Below, in pieces: positions 32,034 through 42,139 of a DNA stretch of 64,000 bases. The DNA is from an uncultured Gammaproteobacteria bacterium (lineage in GTDB: Bacteria > Pseudomonadota > Gammaproteobacteria > JAURND01): assembly GCA_963714975.1 (NCBI GenBank), contig CAVQQD010000002.1, positions 160,001-224,000 on the forward strand. The letters run 5' to 3'. A program made the translations under genes and the position numbers. Under the pieces are notes generated by a model, which did not search any database, was not told where the DNA came from, and saw only the letters and a program-made list of their open reading frames with translations. How positions within the stretch are numbered: the stretch's first letter is position 1; each line of letters begins with the position of its first letter.

Positions 32034-32064
32034 GGTAAAATCTCATGATTGATTAATCAAAATC

Positions 32065-32267
32065 GTAACTATTCACCACGATTTTTCCTCTACCCTTGTG
32101 GGAGAGGCCGCCGCGCCGTAAGGCGCGCGGGTGAGGGGTAAGAGCAGTTAGCATTTAGCTAATAAAATGCTTCTTGCTGGTTTCAAGCTTACCCCTCATC
32201 CGCCCTTTCGGGCACCTTCTCCCACAAGGGGAGAAGGATTTTTACGCACAAACAGGTGAATGGTTAC
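32065..32267. mobile_element. MITE with 13 bp TIR and 8 bp TSD, carrying an inverted family A doublet
   Basis: GTAACTATTCACC / GGTGAATGGTTAC; TCAAAATC at 32057-32064 and 32268-32275. Confidence 0.9.
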
Positions 32268-32370
32268 TCAAAATCTTAAGTGTGTCTTTAGAGCAAAGTA
32301 ACATAGTAAAATTAATGAATTCTTAAGATAGTCCGCTGACTTTTAAATTATTTCGGTAGGGGGCAAAAAT

Positions 32371-32397
32371 AATCCCTCCCTTTGGAAAAGGGAGGGT
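32371..32397. terminator. Hairpin CCCTCCCTTTGGAAAAGGGAGGG downstream of the response regulator
   Basis: GC-rich stem related to the 18393 hairpin. Confidence 0.5.
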
Positions 32398-32418
32398 AAA
32401 ATTTAGGGATTTGGCAGG

Positions 32419-32820
32419 CTATTCCCAAAAATCCGTCTCGCCCTTGTGAACTCCTGCTAATAACCTTGCGCACAACTCATCGGTAAAAGGCTTGTCAAAT
32501 AGCCCATTAAGTTTTAAGGCTTTTCCTCGCGTATAACAACTTTCCTCATGTACGGCATGGACTGACAAAATCACAATCGGCACATTGGCATTGCCATCCA
32601 AATGCTTGCGCATGAGTTGGGCCAAATCGAGGCCATAATAATCCGGAAGTCCAAGATCAAGTAAGACTAGGTCATAACGATTGCACAATAATTGAATGGC
32701 TTGAGTGCCATTGACTGCTAAATCCATTTGGCAGTTTGCTGCAGTAAGGATAGATTCAGCAGCTTTGCTAGCCATTTTATTATCCTCAACGACGAGGACT
32801 CTTAATTGTGTGGTATTCAT
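32419..32820 (-). CDS. Single-domain CheY-like response regulator
   Basis: VLVVEDN, phosphoacceptor in DLVLLDLGLPD, conserved S and KP. Confidence 0.93.
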   Translation of the reverse strand: MNTTQLRVLVVEDNKMASKAAESILTAANCQMDLAVNGTQAIQLLCNRYDLVLLDLGLPDYYGLDLAQLMRKHLDGNANVPIVILSVHAVHEESCYTRGKALKLNGLFDKPFTDELCARLLAGVHKGETDFWE

Positions 32821-32972
32821 GGGTTGCTCCTATTATTGTTATAAAGCATATCGCCCTTACAGGGACGACGACATGAGTAACCAAGAAATCTTCAGGAGTA
32901 ATAGTGGCAGAGATTAAAGAGATGGCAGAGCAGGAATTACATCGCTACCCCGCCACCGCTACCCCTGCCACT

Positions 32973-33176
32973 TTATCGACCCAACCTCACTATCTCCCTC
33001 CCACACCCCAAATCGCCACAAAATGCTACCCTACCACCCCACAATGGCTGCGAGGATTTAAAGCAGATAACATTCTGATTTGACAATGGAAATACCACGA
33101 ACGATTGACACGTGAAAGAAAAATAATTGAAGCTGTTTTGCACGGACGCAAGATGCGCTAAACTGACAACAGCCAT
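32973..33176 (-). CDS. Small hypothetical ORF (67 aa) behind a symE-like leader
   Basis: AGGAG RBS and ATGGCT start; no recognisable domain. Confidence 0.35.
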   Translation of the reverse strand: MAVVSLAHLASVQNSFNYFSFTCQSFVVFPLSNQNVICFKSSQPLWGGRVAFCGDLGCGREIVRLGR

Positions 33177-33250
33177 TGTTGAATCTCCTGTGTTAGATTC
33201 CAGTGGTTAGCGTGCGACTAGGTGTTTGAGCACCTACCGCACGCGCCTAT
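33170..33250 (+). ncRNA. Candidate SymR-like cis-antisense RNA / structured leader
   Basis: Two hairpins covering the RBS and start of the minus-strand ORF; TAAACT -10-like box just upstream. Confidence 0.5.
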
Positions 33251-33362
33251 TATCCTCAGATTATTTTAATCTAGCAACTGTTTTTTTAGAAACGCGGTGG
33301 GCGCTAAAGTGACAGTATGAAATATCACGCAGCCGGCTTTTTAATGTGTGCAAGGTGCTTTT

Positions 33363-35052
33363 ATGCAATTACCCTTAGGTCATGAGAATTTTAAAGAACT
33401 TATCGATTATCGCCTTGATTTCGTTGATAAGACCCTGTTTATCAAAGAAGTCCTCGATGATAGGGCGACGAAGGTTGCTGTGATCACTCGTCCGCGCCGT
33501 TTTGGCAAAACCCTCAATTTATCAATGCTGCATTATTTTTTAGCAGCTGAAGCCTATGGTCAATCTACCCAAGGATTATTCGATGGCTTGAAAATTGCTG
33601 CTTTGGGCAATGAATATATGCAGCACCAAGGCCGCTATCCAGTGATTTTTATTACCTTAAAAGAGGTTAAAGATCATGTCTTTGCAAGTGGCTACTGAGA
33701 ATTTACAGCAATTACTTCGTGCTACTTATGCTAAGAGCATCCTATGTTCTGCAGGGTTCAGTATCAGTGCCGAAGAGCGAGTCATTTATCACAAAATTTT
33801 AGCCAAGCAAGCCGATGGGGCAGATTTACGTCGATCACTACGTAAATTTAACCTATTATTTGTTTCATCACTCTGGTCGAAAAACCTTGGGTTTTGATCG
33901 ACGAATACGACAGTCCCATTCAAGCGGCTTATGTCCACGATTATTACGATCCGATGGTGGATTTGTTACGAGGGCTTTTAAGTCCGGTGCTAAAAACCAA
34001 TCCCTATCTCGAAAAGGCAGTGATTACCGGTATTTTACGGGTCGCAAAGGAAAGCTTATTCTCGGGTTTAAATAATTTAGAAGTCTATACCCTGATGAAT
34101 TCTAAATACGGGCAGTATTTTGGTTTTACTGAAGAAGAAGTAGAAAATTTACTACTACAGGCAGGCTTACAAGCACCTGCGATTCGTGATTGGTACAATG
34201 GTTATAAGGCAGGAACTTATACTGTCTACAATCCTTGGTCGATTGTCAATTGCATTTGCGAAAAAGGAGAATTAGCGCCTTATTGGGTCAATACCAGTGA
34301 TAATCAACTGATTAAAACCTGTTACTGGGATCGAGTGAAGATTTTAGAGCGCAATTTGAGGATTTATTACAAGGGAAGACGATTGAAAAAGTGCATTGAT
34401 GAAACTATGGTATTTGCTGCTTTGAAAAACAGCGAAAAGGCCACTTGGAGTTTATTGGTTGCAGCGGGTTATTTGAAAGTGGTTTCTTCACAACGGGTTG
34501 AAGAGGAGTTGCAGTGTCAATTGGATATTCCCAACCGCGAAGTACGTGGCTTGTATCGAAGAATCATTCGAGAATGGTTAGTCCGATGGTCATGGCACAA
34601 AATGGCTTGATGCTTTTTTAAATCATTTGCTCACGGGTGATTTAGTCGCCTTTGAACACGATTTAAAACACCTGGTCGAACAAACATTTAGTGTCCACGA
34701 CATTTCTAAAGATCCTGAAGCGTTTTATCATGGGTTTATGATTGGCGCGACGGCAAGTCTATACCACAATGCAAATTATGAAATTAAATCGAATCGGGAG
34801 AGTGGCTATGGGCGCTATGATTATATGATTTTTTCTCATGATGAAAACAAACCGACAATTTTAATTGAGCTCAAGCGAGTACCTAAAGATACCCCTCATT
34901 TAGATCAGGCATTAGAGCAAGCGGCACAACACGCTTTGGAGCAAATGGAATTACAAAATTATGCGGCTGAAGCCACGCAGCGTGGCAGAACTAAGATACT
35001 GCAGATTGGTCTAGCGTTTTCTGGAAAACGGTTTAAATTATTGTGGCGTTAA
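33363..35052 (+). pseudogene. AAA-ATPase-like plus PD-(D/E)XK (DUF1703-type) nuclease, copy 1, with several frameshifts
   Basis: RPRRFGKT, IDEYD, WYNGY, NPWS and SNRESGYGRYD..IELK spread over four ORFs; may be assembly error. Confidence 0.85.
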
Positions 35053-35069
35053 AGGGCCGCTAGTTTGGG

Positions 35070-35134
35070 GAGCCATCCAAATCCCTTCTCCCGCAGCGTT
35101 TTTTTGTGAGAGAAGGTGCCCGAAGGGAGAAGGT
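35070..35134. repeat. Family A long-loop palindrome with GAGCCATC leader
   Basis: Similar to 38787-38845. Confidence 0.7.
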
Positions 35135-35138
35135 TTAA

Positions 35139-35627
35139 ATGCGGACAAGTAATTTAATTGATAATGAAAATTTTAAAAAAATTATAGTGATTTTTTGGAC
35201 CATATGGTGGTTAATCGCTTTATGGACCGATATTGTGGGTGGAGTAGCTCATTTAGGTTGGCTTAGTGCTAGTTGGGCTCCTGACACGAATTATCCCTTT
35301 TTAATCAGTTCTTTAAAGATGTATCCGCTACCGGCTTGGTTGCCACCTATTTTTTTTCTGGGGATTATCACTTGGTCTTTAATAGCTTCTCTTGCCTTTG
35401 TTTATGCCAGCTTTAAAATGTTTTCAGTGGGTTTGAAAAGAGCCATGAAATATATTGAAGTTGCATTTATTCTGTCATTAACTTATTGGTTAGCTTTTTT
35501 TATTGCAGATCAATTAGTCATGAAATTTGATTTAGAAGAAAACCATATGGTACAGGGAGGGTTTCAACTGTTAACTTTCATTGCTTTGTATTGCTTGCCT
35601 GGAAATCGTGAAGTGAATACAAAATGA
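35139..35627 (+). CDS. Hypothetical four-TM membrane protein
   Basis: 162 aa ORF with four hydrophobic segments. Confidence 0.8.
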   Translation: MRTSNLIDNENFKKIIVIFWTIWWLIALWTDIVGGVAHLGWLSASWAPDTNYPFLISSLKMYPLPAWLPPIFFLGIITWSLIASLAFVYASFKMFSVGLKRAMKYIEVAFILSLTYWLAFFIADQLVMKFDLEENHMVQGGFQLLTFIALYCLPGNREVNTK

Positions 35628-35796
35628 AGCTTTGATTAAAGCTACTTCAATGTCTGCTTTTACAGAAAATCCATATTAAGCCATAATGGTTTCTCCAGGC
35701 GCATTGGATTAAGATTAGTATCTATTACTAGAGAGTGCTAAAGTGAAATTATGAAATATCACGCAGCCGGCTTTTTAATGTGTGCAAGGTGCTTTT

Positions 35797-37500
35797 ATGC
35801 AACTACCCTTAGGTCATGAGAATTTTAAAGAACTTATCGATTATCGCCTAGATTTCGTTGATAAGACCCTGTTTATCAAAGAAGTCCTCGATGATAGAGG
35901 GACGAAGGTTGCTGTGATCACTCGTCCGCGCCGTTTTGGCAAAACCCTCAATTTGTCAATGCTGCATTATTTTTTAGCGGCTGAAGCCTATGGTCAATCC
36001 ACTCAGGGATTATTCGCTGGCTTGAAAATTGCCGCTTTGGGCGATGAATATATGCAGCACCAAGGCCGCTATCCAGTAATTTTTATTACCTTAAAAGAGA
36101 TTAAAGACCATTCTCTGCAAGTGGCTACTGAGAATTTACAGGAATTGCTCCGCGCCACTTACGAGGAACATTCCTATGTTCTGCAGGGTTCAGTACTCAG
36201 TGCCGAAGAGCGAGTCATTTATCACAAAATTTTAGCCAAGCAAGCCGATGGGGCAGATTTGCGCCGATCGCTGCGTAATTTAACCGAATATTTGTTTCGT
36301 CACACGGGTCAAAAACCCTGGGTGTTGATCGATGAATACGACAGTCCTATTCAAGCGGCTTATGTCCACGATTATTATGAACCCATGGTGGATTTGCTGC
36401 GAGGGTTGTTGAGTCCGGTGCTAAAAACCAATCCCTATCTCGAAAGAGCTGTGATTACTGGTATTTTACGGGTTGCAAAAGAAAGCTTATTTTCGGGATT
36501 AAATAATTTAGAAGTCTATACCCTGATGAATTCTAAATACGGGCAGTATTTTGGTTTTACTGAAGATGAGATAGAAAATTTATTGCAGCAAGCAGGTTTA
36601 CAAGCACAAGCCCCTGCGATTCGGGATTGGTACAATGGCTATATGGCGGGAACTTACACCGTCTACAATCCCTGGTCGATCGTCAAATGCATTCGCGAAA
36701 AAGGAGAATTAGCGCCTTATTGGGTCAATACCAGCGATAATAAATTGATTAAAATCCTGTTACTGGGGTCGAGTGAAGATTTTAGAGCGCAATTTGAGGA
36801 TTTATTACAAGGGAAGACGATTGAAAAAGTGATTGATGAAACTTTGGCTTTTGCTGACTTAAATCCTCAGGGAGGTGGTGGAGGGTCAGCAAGTTGGAGT
36901 TTATTGTTTGCAGCAGGTTATTTGAAGGTGGTTGCTTCACAGCGTATTGGGGCAAAATTACATTGTCAGTTAGATATTCCTAATGAAGAGGTGCGCAGTT
37001 TATATCAACAAATTATCGAGCAATGGTTAGCTGATGGTCGTGACGAAGTATGGCTTGATGCTTTTTTAAATCATTTACTCACGGGTGATTTAGTAGCCTT
37101 CGAGCACGATTTAAAACATCTGGTCGAACAAACATTCAGTGTCCACGACATTTCTAAAGATCCTGAAGTGTTTTATCATGGTTTTATGATTGGCGCGACA
37201 GCGAGTTTGTACCACAATCCAAATTATGAAATTAAATCGAATCGGGAGGCTGGTTATGGTCGCTATGATTATATGATTTTTTCTCATGATGAAAACAAAC
37301 CGACAATTTTAATTGAGCTTAAGCGAGTACCTAAAGATACCCCCCATTTAGATCAGGCATTAGAGCAAGCGGCACAACACGCTTTGGAGCAAATGGAATT
37401 ACAAAATTATGCGGCTGAAGCCACGCAGCGTGGCAGAACTAAGATACTGCAGATTGGTCTAGCGTTTTCTGGTAAGCGGTTTAAATTATTGTGGCGTTAA
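35797..37500 (+). CDS. AAA-ATPase-like plus PD-(D/E)XK nuclease, copy 2 (intact)
   Basis: Same motifs as copy 1 in one continuous frame. Confidence 0.93.
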   Translation: MQLPLGHENFKELIDYRLDFVDKTLFIKEVLDDRGTKVAVITRPRRFGKTLNLSMLHYFLAAEAYGQSTQGLFAGLKIAALGDEYMQHQGRYPVIFITLKEIKDHSLQVATENLQELLRATYEEHSYVLQGSVLSAEERVIYHKILAKQADGADLRRSLRNLTEYLFRHTGQKPWVLIDEYDSPIQAAYVHDYYEPMVDLLRGLLSPVLKTNPYLERAVITGILRVAKESLFSGLNNLEVYTLMNSKYGQYFGFTEDEIENLLQQAGLQAQAPAIRDWYNGYMAGTYTVYNPWSIVKCIREKGELAPYWVNTSDNKLIKILLLGSSEDFRAQFEDLLQGKTIEKVIDETLAFADLNPQGGGGGSASWSLLFAAGYLKVVASQRIGAKLHCQLDIPNEEVRSLYQQIIEQWLADGRDEVWLDAFLNHLLTGDLVAFEHDLKHLVEQTFSVHDISKDPEVFYHGFMIGATASLYHNPNYEIKSNREAGYGRYDYMIFSHDENKPTILIELKRVPKDTPHLDQALEQAAQHALEQMELQNYAAEATQRGRTKILQIGLAFSGKRFKLLWR

Positions 37501-37545
37501 AAGGCCGCTTTGTTCCTCGCAATGATGGTCACATCGACTAATAAT

Positions 37546-38895
37546 ATGAAATTTATTAAATCTCTCTATTTTTGGATAGTAGTAGCCTTTCTTAGCGGCT
37601 GCGCCTTAGGCGTATTTAATCCTAAATTGGCAGTTTTAATGGAGCCGTTAGGCACCAGCTTTATTAAGCTTATTAAAATCTTTATAGGTCCTATTGTTTT
37701 TTTTACTGTAGCAACTGGTATTGCACAAACAGGTTCCTTAAAAAAACTTGGTAAAATTGGAATCAAAGCTTTCCTATATTTTGAGATCGTTTCATCCATT
37801 GCTCTTTTAATTGGATGGGCTGCTGCATCAATGATCAAGCCAGGATCGCTAATTCAGGCAAACCTGAACCTGTTAGATGAAAAACCCGTAATGCATTTTT
37901 TGGAAAGTGCGGACAAGCTTTCTTTGGTAGATTTTTTCCAAAATCTTATTCCAACTAGTATTATCGAACCTTTTGCTAAAGGTGATATGTTGCAAATATT
38001 GCTAGTTGCCATTCTTTTTGGTGTTTCATTGCTTGCTATAGGTGAAGGTCGCTCAAAAAAACTTATTAAAGCGATGGATAAAATGACGCAATGTTTATTT
38101 CAAATAATCCGCATCATAATGTACACCGCTCCTCTTGGCGTATTCGGTGCAATGTCATTTACTATAGCTAAATTTGGTGGTAATTTTCTAGCACCTTTAC
38201 TTGGATTAATCGGAACATTTTATTTGACAGGTTTCATATTTGTATTTGTAATCTTAGGAATAATTGCAAGGCTGTCAGGTTTTTCAATACTAAAATTCCT
38301 CAAATACATCTCGTCCGAGTTATTCCTTGTTTTGGGAACATCGTCAAGCGAATCTGCTTTGCCACAATTGTTACGAAAATTAGAAAAACTTGGCTGTCAA
38401 AAGGAAACTGTCGGTGTTGTTGTTCCTATGGGGTATTCGTTTAACTTAGATGGAACAAATATTTATATAACTTTAGCTGCGTTATTCATTGCTCAAGCAT
38501 TAGGAATTCAATTAACAGTAACTCAACAACTTGCTCTTTTTGCTACAGCCATGTTATCGAGCAAAGGAGCGGCTGGAGTAACTGGTGCAGGTTTTATTAC
38601 ACTTGCGGCTACATTATCCGTTGTTCCATCAATTCCTGCTGTAGGCATCGTGTTAATTCTGGGGATAGATCGATTTATGAGCGAAGCGAGATCTCTCATA
38701 AATTACATTGGAAATGGGGTGGCTTCCTTGGTAATAAGCCGATGGGAAAAAGAAATTTCAGTGCAGAGCTTAAGTCAGGCATTAGGAGAGCCATCTAAGT
38801 CCCCTCTCCCACAGCGCTTTGCTGTCGGAGAGGGTGCCGAAGGACCTCATCCGGCCTTCGGCCACCTTCTCCCCAAGGGGAGAAGGGATTTCTAG
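37546..38895 (+). CDS. dctA: Cation:dicarboxylate symporter (DctA-like) with a repeat-derived C-terminal tail
   Basis: GTSSSESALP, GYSFNLDGT, SKGAAGVTG, GIDRFMSEAR. Confidence 0.92.
   Translation: MKFIKSLYFWIVVAFLSGCALGVFNPKLAVLMEPLGTSFIKLIKIFIGPIVFFTVATGIAQTGSLKKLGKIGIKAFLYFEIVSSIALLIGWAAASMIKPGSLIQANLNLLDEKPVMHFLESADKLSLVDFFQNLIPTSIIEPFAKGDMLQILLVAILFGVSLLAIGEGRSKKLIKAMDKMTQCLFQIIRIIMYTAPLGVFGAMSFTIAKFGGNFLAPLLGLIGTFYLTGFIFVFVILGIIARLSGFSILKFLKYISSELFLVLGTSSSESALPQLLRKLEKLGCQKETVGVVVPMGYSFNLDGTNIYITLAALFIAQALGIQLTVTQQLALFATAMLSSKGAAGVTGAGFITLAATLSVVPSIPAVGIVLILGIDRFMSEARSLINYIGNGVASLVISRWEKEISVQSLSQALGEPSKSPLPQRFAVGEGAEGPHPAFGHLLPKGRRDF
38787..38890. repeat. Family A doublet overlapping the 3' end of dctA
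   Basis: Repeat consensus is read in frame before the stop codon. Confidence 0.85.
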
Positions 38896-38918
38896 CTCAA
38901 ATTTTTGCAATTCATTCC

Positions 38919-38948
38919 TTGACAGGGGGTGGAAAATTCTTTTAGAAT
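38919..38948 (+). promoter_or_regulatory. str operon promoter TTGACA-18-TAGAAT with GC-rich discriminator
   Basis: Near-consensus hexamers upstream of rpsL. Confidence 0.7.
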
Positions 38949-39045
38949 CTCGCCTCCATTTTGGTAGGATCCCTGTAATATCGAATTGTGGTTCTCGTTA
39001 CAAAATCCTTATGATGTGTTTTTATAGTTTGGAGTTATATAAAAG

Positions 39046-39420
39046 ATGCCAAGAATTAGCCAGCTAGTGCGTAAACCTAGAGTACAAAGAAGGCGCAAAA
39101 CCACAGTTCCTGCATTAGCTCGTTGCCCACAAAAACGAGGTGTTTGCACGCGTGTTTATACCACGACCCCTAAGAAGCCCAATTCGGCGCTACGTAAGGT
39201 GGCTCGGGTTCGTTTAACCAACGGTAATGAAGTCAGTGCTTACATTGGGGGCGAGGGTCATAACCTACAGGAACACTCAGTGGTATTGATTCGAGGGGGT
39301 CGTGTCAAAGATTTGCCAGGGGTACGATATCATATTGTACGTGGTAGTTTAGATACGGCGGGTGTTTCCGCTCGCAAACAAGGCCGATCAAAGTACGGCG
39401 CGAAAAGATCAAAGAAGTAA
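39046..39420 (+). CDS. rpsL: 30S ribosomal protein S12
   Basis: [11 protein letters not shown] and [10 protein letters not shown]. Confidence 0.99.
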   Translation: MPRISQLVRKPRVQRRRKTTVPALARCPQKRGVCTRVYTTTPKKPNSALRKVARVRLTNGNEVSAYIGGEGHNLQEHSVVLIRGGRVKDLPGVRYHIVRGSLDTAGVSARKQGRSKYGAKRSKK

Positions 39421-39425
39421 GTGGT

Positions 39426-39455
39426 CGTCGTCCTGGCATGGATGCAGGGACGACG
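39426..39455. repeat. Family B short palindrome between rpsL and rpsG
   Basis: CGTCGTCCTGGCATGGATGCAGGGACGACG. Confidence 0.85.
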
Positions 39456-39482
39456 GGCTTTGTAAAACAAGAGGATTAATTT

Positions 39483-40022
39483 GTGGCAAGAAGAAAAGCA
39501 GCTCCAAAAAGAGAAATAATACCCGATCCATTATTTGGCAATGAGACAATTTCCAGATTCGTCAACAGTGTGATGCGAAGTGGCAAGAAGTCGGTTGCTG
39601 AGAAGATTGTTTATGGCGCTTTAATTCGAGTACAACAAAAAGAAGCAGGGAAGGACTCCGGGGAAGAAGGTGGTACAGGTGGCACGGGCGGTATCCATTT
39701 TTCCGCGCAGGCGAAGCAAGCAGCGATCAAGGCTTTTGAGAAAGCATTAGAAAATGTAAGTCCTACGGTTGAGGTCAAATCTCGACGGGTGGGAGGCTCA
39801 ACCTATCAAGTTCCTGTAGAAGTTCGTCCTGGTCGTCGTGTTGCTTTAGCTATGCGGTGGCTGGTAGATTTCGCCAAGCAACGGAATGAGAAAACAATGG
39901 TTTTGCGTCTGGCTAATGAAATTCTAGATGCAATTCACGGTCGTGGGGGAGCCGTCAAGAAACGTGAAGATGTTCACCGTATGGCTAAAGCTAATCAAGC
40001 ATTTGCACATTATCGTTGGTAA
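39483..40022 (+). CDS. rpsG: 30S ribosomal protein S7, with an acidic/Gly-rich insertion
   Basis: [15 protein letters not shown] and [10 protein letters not shown]. Confidence 0.99.
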   Translation: MARRKAAPKREIIPDPLFGNETISRFVNSVMRSGKKSVAEKIVYGALIRVQQKEAGKDSGEEGGTGGTGGIHFSAQAKQAAIKAFEKALENVSPTVEVKSRRVGGSTYQVPVEVRPGRRVALAMRWLVDFAKQRNEKTMVLRLANEILDAIHGRGGAVKKREDVHRMAKANQAFAHYRW

Positions 40023-40027
40023 TTACC

Positions 40028-42130
40028 ATGTCAGTACGCACAACACCTATAGAGCATTATCGAAATATTGGTATCATGGCTCATATTGATGCCGGTAAAA
40101 CTACTACCACAGAACGAGTTCTGTTCTATACGGGTGTTTCTTATAAAATAGGAGAGGTCCATGAAGGTACAGCAGTCATGGACTGGATGGCTCAAGAACA
40201 AGAACGAGGTATTACCATTACTTCCGCCGCAACGACTTGTTTTTGGCGTGGTATGGATGGACAATTTCCCCAGCATCGAATCAATATCATTGATACCCCG
40301 GGGCATGTGGACTTTACCATTGAAGTTGAGCGCTCTCTCCGCGTATTAGACAGCGCTGTCGCGGTGTTTTGCTCTGTCGGGGGTGTCGAACCGCAAACAG
40401 AAACCGTTTGGAGGCAGGCTAATAAATATGGCGTTCCGCGTATGGGTTTCGTCAACAAAATGGACCGGCCGGGCGCAAATTTTTTCCGAGTGATCGACCA
40501 AGTTAAAACCCGTTTAGGCGCCAATCCTGTACCGATTCAAATTCCGATCGGTGCTGAGGAACATTTTAAGGGTGTGGTTGATCTGATTCGTATGCAAGCT
40601 ATTTATTGGAATGAAGCAGATCGTGGGCAAACTTATGAAGCTCATGAGATTCCGAGTGAATTGCAAGCAGAAGCGGCTAAGTGGCGCGAAAATATGGTGG
40701 AAGCGGCTGCTGAAGCCTCAGAAGAAATGACCGAAAAATATTTGGAAACAGGAGAGCTCTCGGAAGAAGAAATTAAGCGTGGTTTACGTATTCGCACCAT
40801 TAAGTGCGAAGTGATCCCAATGCTATGTGGCAGTGCTTTTAAAAATAAGGGTGTGCAGGCATTGCTGGATGCGGTCATTGAATTTATGCCTGCGCCGAAT
40901 GACATGCCGCCAATTAAGGGCGTTTTAGATGATGCTGAAGGCACTGAGGCACATCGGGAACCTTCTGACGATGTTCCTTTTTCCGGTTTAGCTTTCAAAA
41001 TTGCGACAGATCCTTTTGTAGGAACTTTAACGTATTTTCGTGTGTATTCAGGGATCTTACAAACTGGGGATTCTGTGTATAACCCCTTGAAGCACAAAAA
41101 GGAAAGAATTGGTCGTTTGGTACAAATGCATGCCAATGCTCGGCAGGAAATTAAAGCTGTGTGCGCAGGAGATATTGCTGCTGCAGTCGGTCTTAAAACT
41201 GCAATCACGGGTGATACTCTATGTGATATAGATAATATCATTACCTTGGAGCGGATGGAATTTCCAGAGCCGGTCATTTCTGTTGCCGTTGAGCCAAAAA
41301 GTAAGGCTGATCAAGAGAAGATGGGTGTTGCTTTAGGCAAGTTAGCTCAAGAGGATCCTTCTTTTCGTGTGCATACTGATGAAGAATCTGGTCAGACGAT
41401 TATTGAGGGCATGGGTGAGTTACATTTAGAAATTATCGTCGATCGTATGAAGCGAGAGTTTAGTGTTGCGGCTAATGTTGGGAAGCCACGAGTTGCTTAT
41501 CGTGAGACGATTCGTAAGACTGTGGAGCAGGAAGGAAAGTACATTCGACAGACCGGTGGTCGTGGTCAATACGGTCACGTCTGGGTTCGTATCGAGCCCA
41601 AAGATCCTGGTACAGGTTATGAATTTGAAAATGGTATTGTCGGTGGGGTTATTCCTAGAGAGTATATACCTGCAGTAGATAAGGGTATCCAAGAGCAATT
41701 AAATGCTGGTGGCCTCGCCGGATATCCAGTGGTTGATGTTAAAGTCACCTTATTTGATGGTTCCTATCATGATGTAGACTCCAGTGAAATGGCTTTTAAA
41801 ATTGCGGGATCCTTGGCGTTTAAAGAAGGTACAGCCAAAGCCAAGCCAGTTTTACTTGAACCCATCATGAAGGTTGAAGTAGTAACCCCTGAAGAGTATA
41901 TGGGAGATGTGGTTGGGGATCTAAACCGTCGCCGTGGGCTAATCTTGGGTATGGATGAAAATCCTACTGGCAAGATTATTGATGCTGAAGTGCCATTAGA
42001 AGGCATGTTTGGTTATGCTACCGACCTCCGCTCTTTAACCCAGGGTCGCGCTACTTATACCATGGAATTTAAGAAATATTTAGAAGCACCCGCGAGTGTG
42101 GCGGAAGTCATTATTAAAAGGGAAGAATAG
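40028..42130 (+). CDS. fusA: Elongation factor G
   Basis: [25 protein letters not shown]. Confidence 0.99.
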   Translation: MSVRTTPIEHYRNIGIMAHIDAGKTTTTERVLFYTGVSYKIGEVHEGTAVMDWMAQEQERGITITSAATTCFWRGMDGQFPQHRINIIDTPGHVDFTIEVERSLRVLDSAVAVFCSVGGVEPQTETVWRQANKYGVPRMGFVNKMDRPGANFFRVIDQVKTRLGANPVPIQIPIGAEEHFKGVVDLIRMQAIYWNEADRGQTYEAHEIPSELQAEAAKWRENMVEAAAEASEEMTEKYLETGELSEEEIKRGLRIRTIKCEVIPMLCGSAFKNKGVQALLDAVIEFMPAPNDMPPIKGVLDDAEGTEAHREPSDDVPFSGLAFKIATDPFVGTLTYFRVYSGILQTGDSVYNPLKHKKERIGRLVQMHANARQEIKAVCAGDIAAAVGLKTAITGDTLCDIDNIITLERMEFPEPVISVAVEPKSKADQEKMGVALGKLAQEDPSFRVHTDEESGQTIIEGMGELHLEIIVDRMKREFSVAANVGKPRVAYRETIRKTVEQEGKYIRQTGGRGQYGHVWVRIEPKDPGTGYEFENGIVGGVIPREYIPAVDKGIQEQLNAGGLAGYPVVDVKVTLFDGSYHDVDSSEMAFKIAGSLAFKEGTAKAKPVLLEPIMKVEVVTPEEYMGDVVGDLNRRRGLILGMDENPTGKIIDAEVPLEGMFGYATDLRSLTQGRATYTMEFKKYLEAPASVAEVIIKREE

Positions 42131-42139
42131 AGATGCCAT

